Assembly: GCA_051531975.1 (NCBI GenBank)
Contig: JAOPTT010000002.1
Coordinates: forward strand, 1 to 64,000
Reading direction: 5' to 3'
Length of the DNA stretch: 64,000 nt
DNA from: Spirochaetaceae bacterium
GTDB lineage: Bacteria; Spirochaetota; Spirochaetia; DSM-2461
Shown here: piece after piece, positions 50,945-61,650 of the stretch
Layout: each line of letters starts with the position of its first letter
How positions within the stretch are numbered: the stretch's first letter is position 1
The notes under the pieces: model-generated
Database searches by the model: none
The model's input: the letters and a program-made list of their open reading frames with translations, nothing else
Told to the model about the DNA's origin: nothing
Made by a program: the position numbers and the translations under genes

Positions 50945-51979
50945 ATGAGAATCATATATAATAGTTTAAGTATAATTTTACCTTTAGCTTTAAACCTAAT
51001 ATTTACACCGATAATTATCACCATTGCACATAAAAATAAGTTGTTTGATGCAAAAGATCACCGAAAAACCCATATTGGAGATATTCCAAGACTTGGTGGT
51101 ATAGGTTTTTTCTGTTCAATTATTGTTTCTGCTATTATCATTAATATTTTGACTAAAGAGAGTGTCTCTGTATCTTTTTATATAGCAATTTCACTTATAT
51201 TTATTAGTGGTGTTGTAGACGATTTTAAGCCAATAAGGGCATTTGTAAAATTAATAGCTCAACTTGCTGCTGGTCTAACTTTAATAGTTGGGGGACATAC
51301 ACTTTCCCATGTTCTTATTCCATTTACAGATACAACTATATTCTTTGGTTATTTCCAATACCCATTAACTCTTCTTTGGGTAATAGGTGTTACAAATGCA
51401 ATAAACCTATTAGATGGTATGGATGGACAAGCAGGTGGTTTAAGCACTATTGCCGCTACAACTTTAGGAATAATTGCCCTACTATTAGGTCAAACACATA
51501 TAGCAATGGCATGTTTTATATTAGCCGGTTCATTAGCAGGATTCCTATACTTTAATTTACCACCAGCAAAAATATTTATGGGAGATAGTGGAAGTCTTAC
51601 TGTAGGATTCTTTTTAGCAACAATCCCACTGTTATACAGCACTCCTGAAATAAAAGGTAAAATGATATTGGCAGCAGTTGCAGTACTGCTAATACCAATA
51701 TTTGATGTGTTTGCAGCAATGATTAGAAGAACAAAACTAAAACAATCTTTCTTTAGTCCAGACCGAGGTCATATACACCACAAGTTTCAAGACTTCACAA
51801 GTTTAAATACTAAACAAACATTGGCGGTTATCTATGTAATTACAATTATTTCTGGAACATTTGCTACTCTATTCATAATAAAAACAAATACAATTACACA
51901 ATTAGGTCTATTTCTAAACCTAATAATACATTCAGTTCTATTTGCATTTTTACATGGTAGGAAAAAAAGTAGATCATAA
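50945..51979 (+). CDS. wecA: Undecaprenyl-phosphate HexNAc-1-phosphate transferase (WecA/TagO family)
   Basis: RKTH..IPRLGG, GVVDD, NAINLLDGMDG, FNLPPAKIFMGDSGS, DRGHIHH. Confidence 0.88.
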   Translation: MRIIYNSLSIILPLALNLIFTPIIITIAHKNKLFDAKDHRKTHIGDIPRLGGIGFFCSIIVSAIIINILTKESVSVSFYIAISLIFISGVVDDFKPIRAFVKLIAQLAAGLTLIVGGHTLSHVLIPFTDTTIFFGYFQYPLTLLWVIGVTNAINLLDGMDGQAGGLSTIAATTLGIIALLLGQTHIAMACFILAGSLAGFLYFNLPPAKIFMGDSGSLTVGFFLATIPLLYSTPEIKGKMILAAVAVLLIPIFDVFAAMIRRTKLKQSFFSPDRGHIHHKFQDFTSLNTKQTLAVIYVITIISGTFATLFIIKTNTITQLGLFLNLIIHSVLFAFLHGRKKSRS

Positions 51980-51985
51980 TTAAAA

Positions 51986-53140
51986 TTAGCTGATAAACTC
52001 TTTTCGTCTTACTTTTATAGCAATAGTACCTGGGATAGGTTTTTCAGATACCAAAATCAAGTATCCTCCTCCACCTGCACCAGCTAATTTCCATGCTAAA
52101 GCTCTCTCTTTGTATCCATCAATTACTTGCTGAATATCGTGGTTTACCATGGAAGGGAACATTTTAGTTTGTGCTTTGAAAGATTTTAAAAAAGATTTGC
52201 TAAATTTAATTAAATCTCTATCTTTTATAGCATCCCAGGTCTCATCAGTAGCTCTTGCAAGATCTTCTACATTAGTTTTATTTATATACGTATCTGATAA
52301 TAGATCCAACCCTTGTTTTCTTGGCCATAATAGAACCATAGAGATATGCTCTTCTAACCAATTTATAATAGTTTCATCGTGAATAGATTCAAACTTTTTT
52401 GGCCAATATGCATTATCATAATAATGTCTATTTAACCCTGGCATGCAAATTCCTATTGCATCCTGGGCGCCAGATATTAATTCTGAACCAGGAGTGTTTT
52501 CAAACTTAAACAACATTTCTGCAAGTTTTTCAGGTCTATCCATCGGTAAATAATAAGGCCATATTTTTTTAGCTGCATTTCGCGTAGAAGTAGACATTCC
52601 ACATCTTTCATTATATTCAATAATGGGTTCCAAAGACAGTGTAATAGCCCATCCAGGGTGATATTTTGAAACATAAGGCTGATCTATCCATGTCCCTGCT
52701 AAATCAATCCTATATGGTAGGGTGCAGTTATCCGAGGATCTTATAGAGGTTGTAGATCTTACAGGTAGACCTGCATCTGGAATTCTCTCTAGTACTTTTA
52801 GTTCTATGTTTAGTTCTTTGCATAATGATTCTTTAGTAGGAGAGAAACCATCTTCATTAACAACAAAATAATCAGGCTCTAATTCCAGAATATCTTCTTT
52901 AAAATCCATCATTCCTGATCCACAGTTTACAAATGCATCATGAACATATTTTATAGATTTAATCATATAAAGACGTTCCTGCTCACAATTTATTGTTTTA
53001 CGACCCTTTAACTCTTCTATAGTATGATCAGATCCAATGCCAACATAAAGATCACCAAACTTTGATGCTTCTTTAAAAAAAGCTACATGACCACTATGTA
53101 ACATATCGTAACAACCTGAAACAAAGACCTTTTTATTCAT
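51986..53140 (-). CDS. Bifunctional HxGH nucleotidyltransferase / GHMP-family kinase
   Basis: GCYDMLHSGH and RSTT; then PYRIDLAG, GMSTS, SGAQD, KLAGAGGGG. Confidence 0.8.
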   Translation of the reverse strand: MNKKVFVSGCYDMLHSGHVAFFKEASKFGDLYVGIGSDHTIEELKGRKTINCEQERLYMIKSIKYVHDAFVNCGSGMMDFKEDILELEPDYFVVNEDGFSPTKESLCKELNIELKVLERIPDAGLPVRSTTSIRSSDNCTLPYRIDLAGTWIDQPYVSKYHPGWAITLSLEPIIEYNERCGMSTSTRNAAKKIWPYYLPMDRPEKLAEMLFKFENTPGSELISGAQDAIGICMPGLNRHYYDNAYWPKKFESIHDETIINWLEEHISMVLLWPRKQGLDLLSDTYINKTNVEDLARATDETWDAIKDRDLIKFSKSFLKSFKAQTKMFPSMVNHDIQQVIDGYKERALAWKLAGAGGGGYLILVSEKPIPGTIAIKVRRKEFIS

Positions 53141-53196
53141 TTATTATATCTCCAAATAATTTAGTAGTAGTATTAATCAAAAAATAACTTTATGCC

Positions 53197-53862
53197 TTAA
53201 AACAGCTTTTCTAGTTGTTCTTCAGCCTTTGGTAAAGTCTTAAATCTTGATCTTGCATCAAAGTCAGATTTGAATACTGCATAAGCTGTTAAGAATATAA
53301 TTTTTATGTATAGAGTTATGTTCCTATTTGAATAGTACCAACACTCTAAATCACCTTTATATTTAGCGATTATGGTATCATGAATTACGTTATAATCCAT
53401 CCCGGATTTTTCCATAATAGATTCTTCATCTCTAAATACTAAAGAACCAATTCCAGTTAAACCTGGAGTTAGTTTAGATATAATTTTTTGTTGTTCCTCT
53501 GAATAATTATAAAACTGATCAGGAGTTAATGGTCTAGGACCAACAACACTCATCTGCCCTAGCCAAATATTAAAAAGTTGTGGTAATTCATTAATTTTAC
53601 TTTTTCTAAGGAATTTACCAAAGGGAAGAACTCTTGGGTCATCTCTTTTTGTAACGCTTGCTCCAGTCATATTTGGACTATTTTTTAACATAGTTGCAAA
53701 TTTTAATACTTTAAAAGTCTTAACATTTTTACCCATTCGTTCTTGAGCATAAAAAATATAATGTTCACCAGTTAACTTTAATATTATAATAATTGGAATT
53801 AAAAGTGGTGATAAAATTATTATAGCAATACTTGAAAGTAAAATATCAATAAATCGTGTCAT
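53197..53862 (-). CDS. Small sugar-phosphate transferase (PglC-type initiating transferase)
   Basis: KFATM, DPRV, KINELPQL, MSVVGPRP, PGLTG. Confidence 0.9.
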   Translation of the reverse strand: MTRFIDILLSSIAIIILSPLLIPIIIILKLTGEHYIFYAQERMGKNVKTFKVLKFATMLKNSPNMTGASVTKRDDPRVLPFGKFLRKSKINELPQLFNIWLGQMSVVGPRPLTPDQFYNYSEEQQKIISKLTPGLTGIGSLVFRDEESIMEKSGMDYNVIHDTIIAKYKGDLECWYYSNRNITLYIKIIFLTAYAVFKSDFDARSRFKTLPKAEEQLEKLF

Positions 53863-55046
53863 TACATTCTCCCATCTAAATACTTACCTGTTTCTTTATG
53901 TCCAAATTCTGGTAACATATGAAAAAACAGTTTAACTAAATCATCTTTACACCATTTACTGTTTTTCAATTTACCAATTTCTTCTAGAAAATAAGTTAGT
54001 TTATCTTCTGATACACTATTAGAGTTTTTTACAATACCAAGATTATTAAACCTATGCATATCAAGTTCTTCACCGTCAGTAAAAAATTCTTCAAAATCTT
54101 TTTCTCCAGTTGTATCACTTGAAAAGAAATAACATGGCCACCTATTATCACCATTATTTTTACTAGCTAACTCTCTAGCCTCATCTTCAGATTTACATAT
54201 TTGTGGCTCTAAACCTCTAGCAATTAAGTATTTTTCAGCTATAGATGAAAAAGTTACTAGGTTCAATTCTTGACTTAATTTAGGGAAGAAAATGTCTTTA
54301 CTTTCACCTAAAAGAGTAGACATCAAACAGAGTTGACCTGCTTCCTCAGGTACAACAAAATACCTTCGAACATCATTTGGTGCAGATATTGGTTGATGCT
54401 TTAAAATTCTCTGATTAAAACCATGTAATAAACTACCATCTGAAAATGCTACATTTGCAAACCTAGCTGTTGATATAGCAATCTTATCACTATATTTCAT
54501 TAGATACATTTCCATGATTCTCTTTGATGCGCCCATCATATTAACTGGATTTGCAGCTTTATCGGTTGAAACACAGAAATACTTCTTTACACCCTTTTTT
54601 ATAGATAGTTCAATTGTTTTTATTGTATTAAGAATATTAACATTAACCATTCTCATTAATGTATAAGGGTCTTTTTCACTACGTACATGCTTAAGTGCAG
54701 AGAGATTAAGAACGTAATCAAATGATTCCTCATTTAAAAAATATTGTTCATACTCTGTACTACCACAATCTATTGCAAAAGTTTTAAATTCTCCATCAAT
54801 ATATCCCAATGAAGATCTTATATCTCTTACCAATTCAACCATATTGTTTTCTGATATATCAACAACATGTAACCTTTGAGGTTTTCTTTTAAATATCTCT
54901 TTAACAACTGCTTGACCTATAGAACCTGCACCACCAATAACAAGAAAACTAGATTGGGATACTTGAGAGTCTAATATATTACTATTATGTGTTATATCTT
55001 CTTCTAATAAAGCATGTTTTCTACCAACTAAATTTAAAATATTCAC
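53862..55046 (-). CDS. UDP-GlcNAc 4,6-dehydratase (short CapD/PglF type)
   Basis: GGAGSIG, ALKHVRSE, STDKAANPVNMMGASK, RFANV, GEK. Confidence 0.88.
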   Translation of the reverse strand: MNILNLVGRKHALLEEDITHNSNILDSQVSQSSFLVIGGAGSIGQAVVKEIFKRKPQRLHVVDISENNMVELVRDIRSSLGYIDGEFKTFAIDCGSTEYEQYFLNEESFDYVLNLSALKHVRSEKDPYTLMRMVNVNILNTIKTIELSIKKGVKKYFCVSTDKAANPVNMMGASKRIMEMYLMKYSDKIAISTARFANVAFSDGSLLHGFNQRILKHQPISAPNDVRRYFVVPEEAGQLCLMSTLLGESKDIFFPKLSQELNLVTFSSIAEKYLIARGLEPQICKSEDEARELASKNNGDNRWPCYFFSSDTTGEKDFEEFFTDGEELDMHRFNNLGIVKNSNSVSEDKLTYFLEEIGKLKNSKWCKDDLVKLFFHMLPEFGHKETGKYLDGRM

Positions 55047-56002
55047 TTTTTCTCCTTTTTTAGAGCATAATACTCATAAGAATCTTTTAACCCATCTTCA
55101 AAGTTGTATTTAAATGCATTAATCATCAGTTGTTTAATTTTGCTATTATCGACTTCAAAGTCACTTTTTAAAGTTATCAGTTTGCCAAATATTCCCGATT
55201 TAAGTCTAAATAATTCCAATATAGATATAATAAAGTTAGGAATTATAATTGTTACAACCTTCTTATTGAAAATATTTTTTATTGTATATATTAAATTTCT
55301 ATAAGTATAATTATTTTCTGAAACAATATAAAGGTTTCCAATCATATCATTATTTAAAATCGTTTCTACAATTACTTCAGCAGCGTCCTCAACATAAACA
55401 ATTGGTTTGAAATTTTGTCCACGTCCAATCATTGGTATTATACCTTTCTGAACAGCCTTAATAAGTTTGCCATAATTACCTCTGTCATATTTTCCAAAAA
55501 CTGTTGCTAACCTAAATACGGTTATTGGAAATCCTTTAGATTCGTATAAATCAAAACCTACTAATTCTGCCATATGTTTACTTTTTGCATAGTCAGAAAT
55601 AGGGTTACATTCTGACATTTCATCAACCATACCTACAGTTTTTTCTCCATAGACAGAAAGAGTACTAATAAATATAAAATGTTTAACATTTCTGTTAATT
55701 CCAAAAGTATAAAGATCTTTAGTTGCTTTATAATTTACTTTATAAAATTCTTCCTTTTCTTCTTCATTAATTGGTTTAACATGAACTTTAGCAGCAAGGT
55801 GTATAATACAGCCTATATCAACCTTAATTTTGTTTGAATAATCAGTATTGGTTATATCAGATTCAATAAGGATAACGTTATCACTTGATCTATATCTGCT
55901 TAGACTTCTATCAAGTAGAAATAATTTATGATCCATTTGTAATAATTTTGAAACAACAGCAAATCCTAAACTTCCATTTGCACCTGTTATTATTATATTC
56001 AT
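55043..56002 (-). CDS. NAD-dependent epimerase/reductase (SDR)
   Basis: TGANGSLG, IHLAAKVH, STLSVYG, YAKSK. Confidence 0.85.
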   Translation of the reverse strand: MNIIITGANGSLGFAVVSKLLQMDHKLFLLDRSLSRYRSSDNVILIESDITNTDYSNKIKVDIGCIIHLAAKVHVKPINEEEKEEFYKVNYKATKDLYTFGINRNVKHFIFISTLSVYGEKTVGMVDEMSECNPISDYAKSKHMAELVGFDLYESKGFPITVFRLATVFGKYDRGNYGKLIKAVQKGIIPMIGRGQNFKPIVYVEDAAEVIVETILNNDMIGNLYIVSENNYTYRNLIYTIKNIFNKKVVTIIIPNFIISILELFRLKSGIFGKLITLKSDFEVDNSKIKQLMINAFKYNFEDGLKDSYEYYALKKEKK

Positions 56003-56784
56003 ACTTTATTCTCTCTTTTTCTTAGAAATATTTGTTTAACTTTTAATAATTTATAAAATACATATTTAAAAGTATTAAACTTACCACCATTAGAATTAAT
56101 CGAATCTTTTAGCTCTCTAATAATTATAAACAGATTTTTAAAACCTCTTTGACTTATCCCACCTTCTCTCATGGTAACTATAAATCTATCCATATAATAA
56201 GGCTTAATTTTAAAATTTTCCAAAAAACGATACATTAATTCCTGATCGGAAGCTATGATAAAATCAGTTCTATATAACCCATATTTATCATATTTTTCTT
56301 TTTTACAATAGAAAGTAGGATGACCAGGTGTCCAACTCTTTTCAAAGAGACCACTTTCATACATTTTAGGATCATATATCCTTGTTATTTTATCAACATT
56401 ATCCTCTTCAACATATTTTAGTTTACCGTATAAGCAATCAATTTGTTCATTAATAAATGTATCATTTATATCGGACAGAACATTATTGTCATAATAGAAG
56501 TCATCGGAATTTAATATTCCAACAACATCACCATTTGCGATATTAATACCTTTGTTCATTGCATCATAAAGACCATCATCATTTTCTGAAATCCATGAAA
56601 AATCAATATTGTTTTTCTTAAATGTATTTTCATAAGATTTTATGATATTAACTGTATTATCTGTTGAATTACCATCAACAATAACATATTGAATGTTTTT
56701 AAAAGTCTGGTTCAAAACAGACTCAATAGTATCACTAATAGTTTTTTCACTATTAAAAGATACTGTAATTATAGAAATTTTCAA
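55999..56784 (-). CDS. GT2 glycosyltransferase (WcaE/WfgS-like)
   Basis: SIITVSFNS, VDGNSTD, GLYDAMNKG, LNSDD, HPTFY. Confidence 0.9.
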   Translation of the reverse strand: MKISIITVSFNSEKTISDTIESVLNQTFKNIQYVIVDGNSTDNTVNIIKSYENTFKKNNIDFSWISENDDGLYDAMNKGINIANGDVVGILNSDDFYYDNNVLSDINDTFINEQIDCLYGKLKYVEEDNVDKITRIYDPKMYESGLFEKSWTPGHPTFYCKKEKYDKYGLYRTDFIIASDQELMYRFLENFKIKPYYMDRFIVTMREGGISQRGFKNLFIIIRELKDSINSNGGKFNTFKYVFYKLLKVKQIFLRKRENKV

Positions 56785-57387
56785 TCCTTGCCCTCTTTAT
56801 ATCATAATATATTTTAATTAATAATAAAACTTTCATCTGAACTTAATTATATTACTAAGATACTTTATCAAGATAAAATTAACAATATATTAACATGATA
56901 TGATACTGTAAATCTTAAGTTGTTTAACAACCCATTAAAATAGCATATTATCATTATATGATTAACTAATAAAATATTGTAACCCTCAATTATATAAGGG
57001 TAGCATAATCCTGACGATCTCATCTGGAGTGATATTCCAAGATTCTAAGAGCTCTATACCTTAACCTTCCTCAAATAGATGAGTTTTTCAAATAGCCATC
57101 TAAGACAAGCATAAGAATTTATAACATTCAACTTCACTGTATCAATTAAATAATAATAAATACACATTGAATCTGGACTCTCAGTACTTCCAGCGAATAA
57201 GAAGTTTCATTTGCCACATACAGTACCATTTCTATCCCAATTGATACATTCTAGTGTTTTCTTGTATCTCCTACAAAAAAAGGAAAAGACTTATTAATCA
57301 GGAATCCAGGACCATTTATTCTTTAGTAAATATAGTTATACCATTTATCTGTTCTCTAATATCCGTAATTCATGGTCTTACTAATAT

Positions 57388-57419
57388 AGAAATCTATAAG
57401 AAATCTATAAGAAATCTAT
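57388..57419. repeat. Nearly three tandem copies of AGAAATCTATA
   Basis: Read directly from the sequence, inside an ORF-free gap. Confidence 0.85.
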
Positions 57420-58036
57420 TATCATCATAGAACCTCTTAAATAACAGTAATTAGTTAAATTATTTTATCTAGTGACATAGTTTCTGGTATTTCCAATTTG
57501 ATTTGATTGATAGTAATTTGTATGTTTCCGACTGTTAAAATTTGCTTTAATGGTAATTTAATTAATTTATGTACTTTAGTCACAGATGTATTGAAGTTTC
57601 AAACCTAGTCAATAAATGCGGTGGCTTTAAAATCCAAGACCAATCTTTTCCACTCATCGTGACTTTTGTTACTTTTCATATTGCTTCTAGATCTAGAGGG
57701 TAACTTTAGTTTAAATTATTTAATGAGTGGTTTAATTTACGGTGACAACCAAGTTGCAATAAATAGTGGGAAGGTTTGTTTTTGATCCACAACAATTGAC
57801 CTTATCTCTTCTGATTATTGTATGATTCTTGTTAAGTTACTTTATTTTTTGTACAATATTACATACGAAACATCCAGTATTTACTTGGGTAATATACAAT
57901 TATTGTCTAAAATAATTAAAGAGTTACTTGTTAATGTTTTTCAGCAAAGTTGGTTTTAACGAATAATGTTCATTTTTGTCATTCTTAGAGATAATTAAAC
58001 TTAGTAAAAATATTTAATAAGCCAGTCTTAAAGAGG

Positions 58037-59044
58037 TTGAATTATATGGGTTATATAAAAAAAATTGTGCATACTATTATTAAAATATTGGGTTTAGGAT
58101 ATGTCTTATGGATTTATAGAATGTATAAAAAATTGAATTTTAAAATTAAAGCATTATATAATGGAGTAAAATTAAATCAAGAATCAAAAGATAATATTTT
58201 TAACTTTCGTAGAAATATTCACCGTTTAGAAAAAGGTTTAACTTACAAAATATTAAAAAGTGAATTTGCAGAAAGTTATATATATGAAACAGTTAAGTCA
58301 CTGGATTATGGAAAAAACCGTTTTGATGAAGATACAATGAATTGGGGTAAAGCAGTTTTAAAGTTGTACTTTACCAAGGTAACTCATACAGAAGTAATAA
58401 CAAAAGCATATAATCATTTTAAAAAAATTGACCAAACTTTTGATAATAACTTTATACCCTATTCTTCTATAAAAAGACCCGAATCAAATATAACTTATGA
58501 TGACCTATTTCAATTATCTTTAAAAAGAAGAAGTGTTCGGTATTTTAATGAAATCGAAATAGATGAAAAAATCATAAAGAAAGCATATAATATTGCAAAA
58601 TATTCTCCAAGTGCCTGTAATCGTCAGGCTTTTACCTTCTATTTTTATAATGACAAAAAAGTAGTAAAAGCTTTATCAGCTATTCCTGGGGGTGTACAAG
58701 GTTATACACTACCAAGCATCATTGTTATTGTAGGTAACTATGCAGGATATTTCGATGAAAGAGATATTAATGCACCTATAATTGATGCAAGTCTTACTTC
58801 AATGTCATTTATGTATGCACTTGAAACATTAGGATTATCATCTGTATGTATAAATTGGCCAAATCTACCAAATAGAGAAAAAAAAATTAGAGAAGTGATT
58901 AATTTAAAACCATATGAATTTGTCATAATGATGCTTGGAGTTGGTTACGCTTCTTTAGAAGGTAAAATACCTTATTCAGCAAAAAGAAGTGCAAATGAAG
59001 TGGTACTTGTAAATAAAAAAATAAATAATACTAGTGAATATTGA
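58037..59044 (+). CDS. Nitroreductase-family flavoprotein (polysaccharide-locus type)
   Basis: RNIHRLEKGL, RRSVRYF, SPSACNRQ, GLSSVCINW. Confidence 0.85.
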   Translation: MNYMGYIKKIVHTIIKILGLGYVLWIYRMYKKLNFKIKALYNGVKLNQESKDNIFNFRRNIHRLEKGLTYKILKSEFAESYIYETVKSLDYGKNRFDEDTMNWGKAVLKLYFTKVTHTEVITKAYNHFKKIDQTFDNNFIPYSSIKRPESNITYDDLFQLSLKRRSVRYFNEIEIDEKIIKKAYNIAKYSPSACNRQAFTFYFYNDKKVVKALSAIPGGVQGYTLPSIIVIVGNYAGYFDERDINAPIIDASLTSMSFMYALETLGLSSVCINWPNLPNREKKIREVINLKPYEFVIMMLGVGYASLEGKIPYSAKRSANEVVLVNKKINNTSEY

Positions 59045-59294
59045 TATTTCGGGAAAATGCAGTATTGATTTTGATCGAATATTCTAATAGTTATTCAAAC
59101 AGTCCTTACGGAAATAGGTACTTTCTACTGTATTAAAATTCTGAGGTTATGCATGCTTTCTCATCCTTGTTATATAATTATTGTGTAATGCTTTTGATTT
59201 AATGGGTGATTTAATTGACGGTTACATATATACTTGGATATCATTATTGATAAGGTTACTTTTACGCAATAAAAGATCTATTAGACATAAATTA

Positions 59295-60476
59295 TTACAT
59301 GTCATTATTAGATTTTTTAGTATATTTTTCTTTTAGAAGATAAATAGCAATTACAACAAATAAAATATTAGAAGGGAATACTTCAAACATTATGGTGGTT
59401 ATCATAAATGGAAAGAAAACCATAACATATAGAATATTATTTTTCTTAATTTTGACAGGTTTTAAAATAAAATAAAATAAAAATATAAACCCAATAAAAC
59501 CAACGTTAATAAGTACTGAAATTATTAATGAATCAGCAATAAATGATTCAGTAACTAAGCCTAAACTATTACTTAATAATACGCCTGTATTTGTTCCAAT
59601 ACCAAAGTTATCAGAAATAATTTTGACACTATTTGAGAGTCCTTCAAAAAACATATCAACTCTAATAAAAAGTGAATCATAAATAGACTTACGACCTGAG
59701 ATTATAGGTAAATATATTACAAAAGTAATCATTACTAATAATAATTGAGTAAAAATAAGTACTTTTCTCTTACTTTTGAAAAACTTTAATGTTAAAAAAC
59801 ACATAAATAAACTTATAATTCCACTACCAGAAGCAGTAAAAATAATACTGATTGGACATATAAAAAAAAGAAGAAATTTTTTGAGAAATTTATTCTTTTC
59901 AAACATACTTGTAAATAGAAAAAAAGTCATTGTAAAAAAAGCACCAGTCGATGGGATCATAAAAATTCCAGGATTTCTAAGACTAAATCCCAACAGTCCT
60001 ATTCCATGAAAACTTTTCATAAAAAAAAATTCATAAAACTGAAACATAAAGTGTGTAAAAAATACAATTTTTATAATTTTGAACAATCTTTTTAAATTAG
60101 ATTCATCAATAATATCATAAATTGAAAAAAACAATAATAATGGTAATAGCCATCTAATCCCAGCAGCAATAATTATTATGTTGCTTTTATCAATTATTGT
60201 GAACAAACCTGAAAGGATAACCGCAAGCATGAAGAATAATAAAGAAAAGTATTTATATATTTTGTTAAAAAAAAAGATTCTATGACTGCCAATTAATATT
60301 ATAAATATTATTAGAATATCTTTTATACCTTTAATATAAACAGGGGTAACATTAGTCGATTGATTTAAGGTCCCGAGATATAAAATAGAGTATAGCTCAC
60401 CGTAATTAAAAAATGGTGTTAATAAAATTAGTATCATAAGTAATTTAAATTTTGTTTCTCTGAGATTAACTATCAA
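59295..60476 (-). CDS. wzy: Putative Wzy polymerase / O-antigen ligase family membrane protein
   Basis: About 11 TM helices; RNPGIF, FTASGSG, FGIG, DS; start probably the TTG at 60476 (ORF extends to 60569). Confidence 0.65.
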   Translation of the reverse strand: MIVNLRETKFKLLMILILLTPFFNYGELYSILYLGTLNQSTNVTPVYIKGIKDILIIFIILIGSHRIFFFNKIYKYFSLLFFMLAVILSGLFTIIDKSNIIIIAAGIRWLLPLLLFFSIYDIIDESNLKRLFKIIKIVFFTHFMFQFYEFFFMKSFHGIGLLGFSLRNPGIFMIPSTGAFFTMTFFLFTSMFEKNKFLKKFLLFFICPISIIFTASGSGIISLFMCFLTLKFFKSKRKVLIFTQLLLVMITFVIYLPIISGRKSIYDSLFIRVDMFFEGLSNSVKIISDNFGIGTNTGVLLSNSLGLVTESFIADSLIISVLINVGFIGFIFLFYFILKPVKIKKNNILYVMVFFPFMITTIMFEVFPSNILFVVIAIYLLKEKYTKKSNNDM

Positions 60477-61650
60477 GTAATATACCACCATATATTTTCT
60501 TATATTTCTCCACCATAATTTTACTAGAAAATATATTTGCTCTATTAATATATTTAGTAGGGTTGTCATTAGTAGTATTTTTTACTTCTAAGATCTTTGA
60601 TTTTAAATCATTAATATCTTTCTCTTTTGCAAAATAACCAAGGTCGGATAGGATTTCTCTCATAATGGGTATATCAAAAGAAATAACTGGGATACCATGG
60701 TAGAATGCTTCTATGCTTGTACGACCAAAAGTCTCTGATAGACTTGGATTTATATAAACATCAGATCTATTGTATATTTCCCCAAGTTTTATTTGATCTT
60801 TAATATATCCATACTGTATAACTTCATATGAACCTAAATATTTATTTACAACCTCATTATCAATTTTATTACCAACAATATGTATAGTAGTATTAGATAA
60901 TTTTAAATCAAGTAGAGCATTTAATAAATATTTGATTCCTTTTCCTGGATTATTTACATCTGAAGCTATAAATAAAATATTGAAGTCGTTTTCAGTAAAT
61001 TTCCTGTTGACGATATATTTCTCTTCTGAGAATCCATTATATATAACACTGATATCAAAATCTTTTAATAATCCTTTTTTTAAAAGATTTTTAGATGATT
61101 CAGAAATTGTTATTAGTGATATATTAATACTATTTAGTAACGCTAATTTTTTATTATACATTTTAGAAGCTTTATCTATAAACACTTTTGGATATTTATT
61201 TAGATCTGGACAATTATTACAACCATTTACATATCCATTACAATCTAAAGGGACACAACACCTTCCAGTGGTAAGCCAAGAGTCTCTAAGCGTCCAGACA
61301 ACCTTTTTCCCTTGCTTTTGAATCTCTTTTAATAACCATATCCAATCAATAAAATAACCATGTAAATTATGTAAATGAATTATGTCTGCTTTTGAAATTT
61401 CACGTTTTATTCTTTTTCTACTCTGTATTGGGTAAAATAAAGAATCCCATCCAGTAATTCTTGTAAACATGGCATTTATATATTTTGTGAAAATATTATA
61501 TAACGTTCTATCACTTTTCTTTTCAGAAAAACCAACTAATACAGTTGAATTATAATCTTCATCATTATTTAATAATGAGGATAACTCCATAGTAGATTTA
61601 GCAGCACCAGCTTTATCAAGATATGTATTTACATGTAGTATATTTATCAT
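60466..61650 (-). CDS. GT4 glycosyltransferase (WcaC-like)
   Basis: AGAA, HLHNLHGYF, WTLRDSWLTTGRC, CNNCP, ETFGRTSIEA. Confidence 0.88.
   Translation of the reverse strand: MINILHVNTYLDKAGAAKSTMELSSLLNNDEDYNSTVLVGFSEKKSDRTLYNIFTKYINAMFTRITGWDSLFYPIQSRKRIKREISKADIIHLHNLHGYFIDWIWLLKEIQKQGKKVVWTLRDSWLTTGRCCVPLDCNGYVNGCNNCPDLNKYPKVFIDKASKMYNKKLALLNSINISLITISESSKNLLKKGLLKDFDISVIYNGFSEEKYIVNRKFTENDFNILFIASDVNNPGKGIKYLLNALLDLKLSNTTIHIVGNKIDNEVVNKYLGSYEVIQYGYIKDQIKLGEIYNRSDVYINPSLSETFGRTSIEAFYHGIPVISFDIPIMREILSDLGYFAKEKDINDLKSKILEVKNTTNDNPTKYINRANIFSSKIMVEKYKKIYGGILLDS

Noticed and set aside
59860..60276. A8-A9 tracts in wzy as contingency loci
   Set aside because: Expected in very AT-rich, Phe-rich membrane genes; the frame is intact
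1252..61321. Short ORFs antisense to or nested in long genes (e.g. 1252, 1891, 2383, 4973, 10497, 11877, 17369, 27010, 29254, 41974, 47268, 49630, 59776, 60932)
   Set aside because: They overlap well-supported genes and have no motifs; typical shadow ORFs
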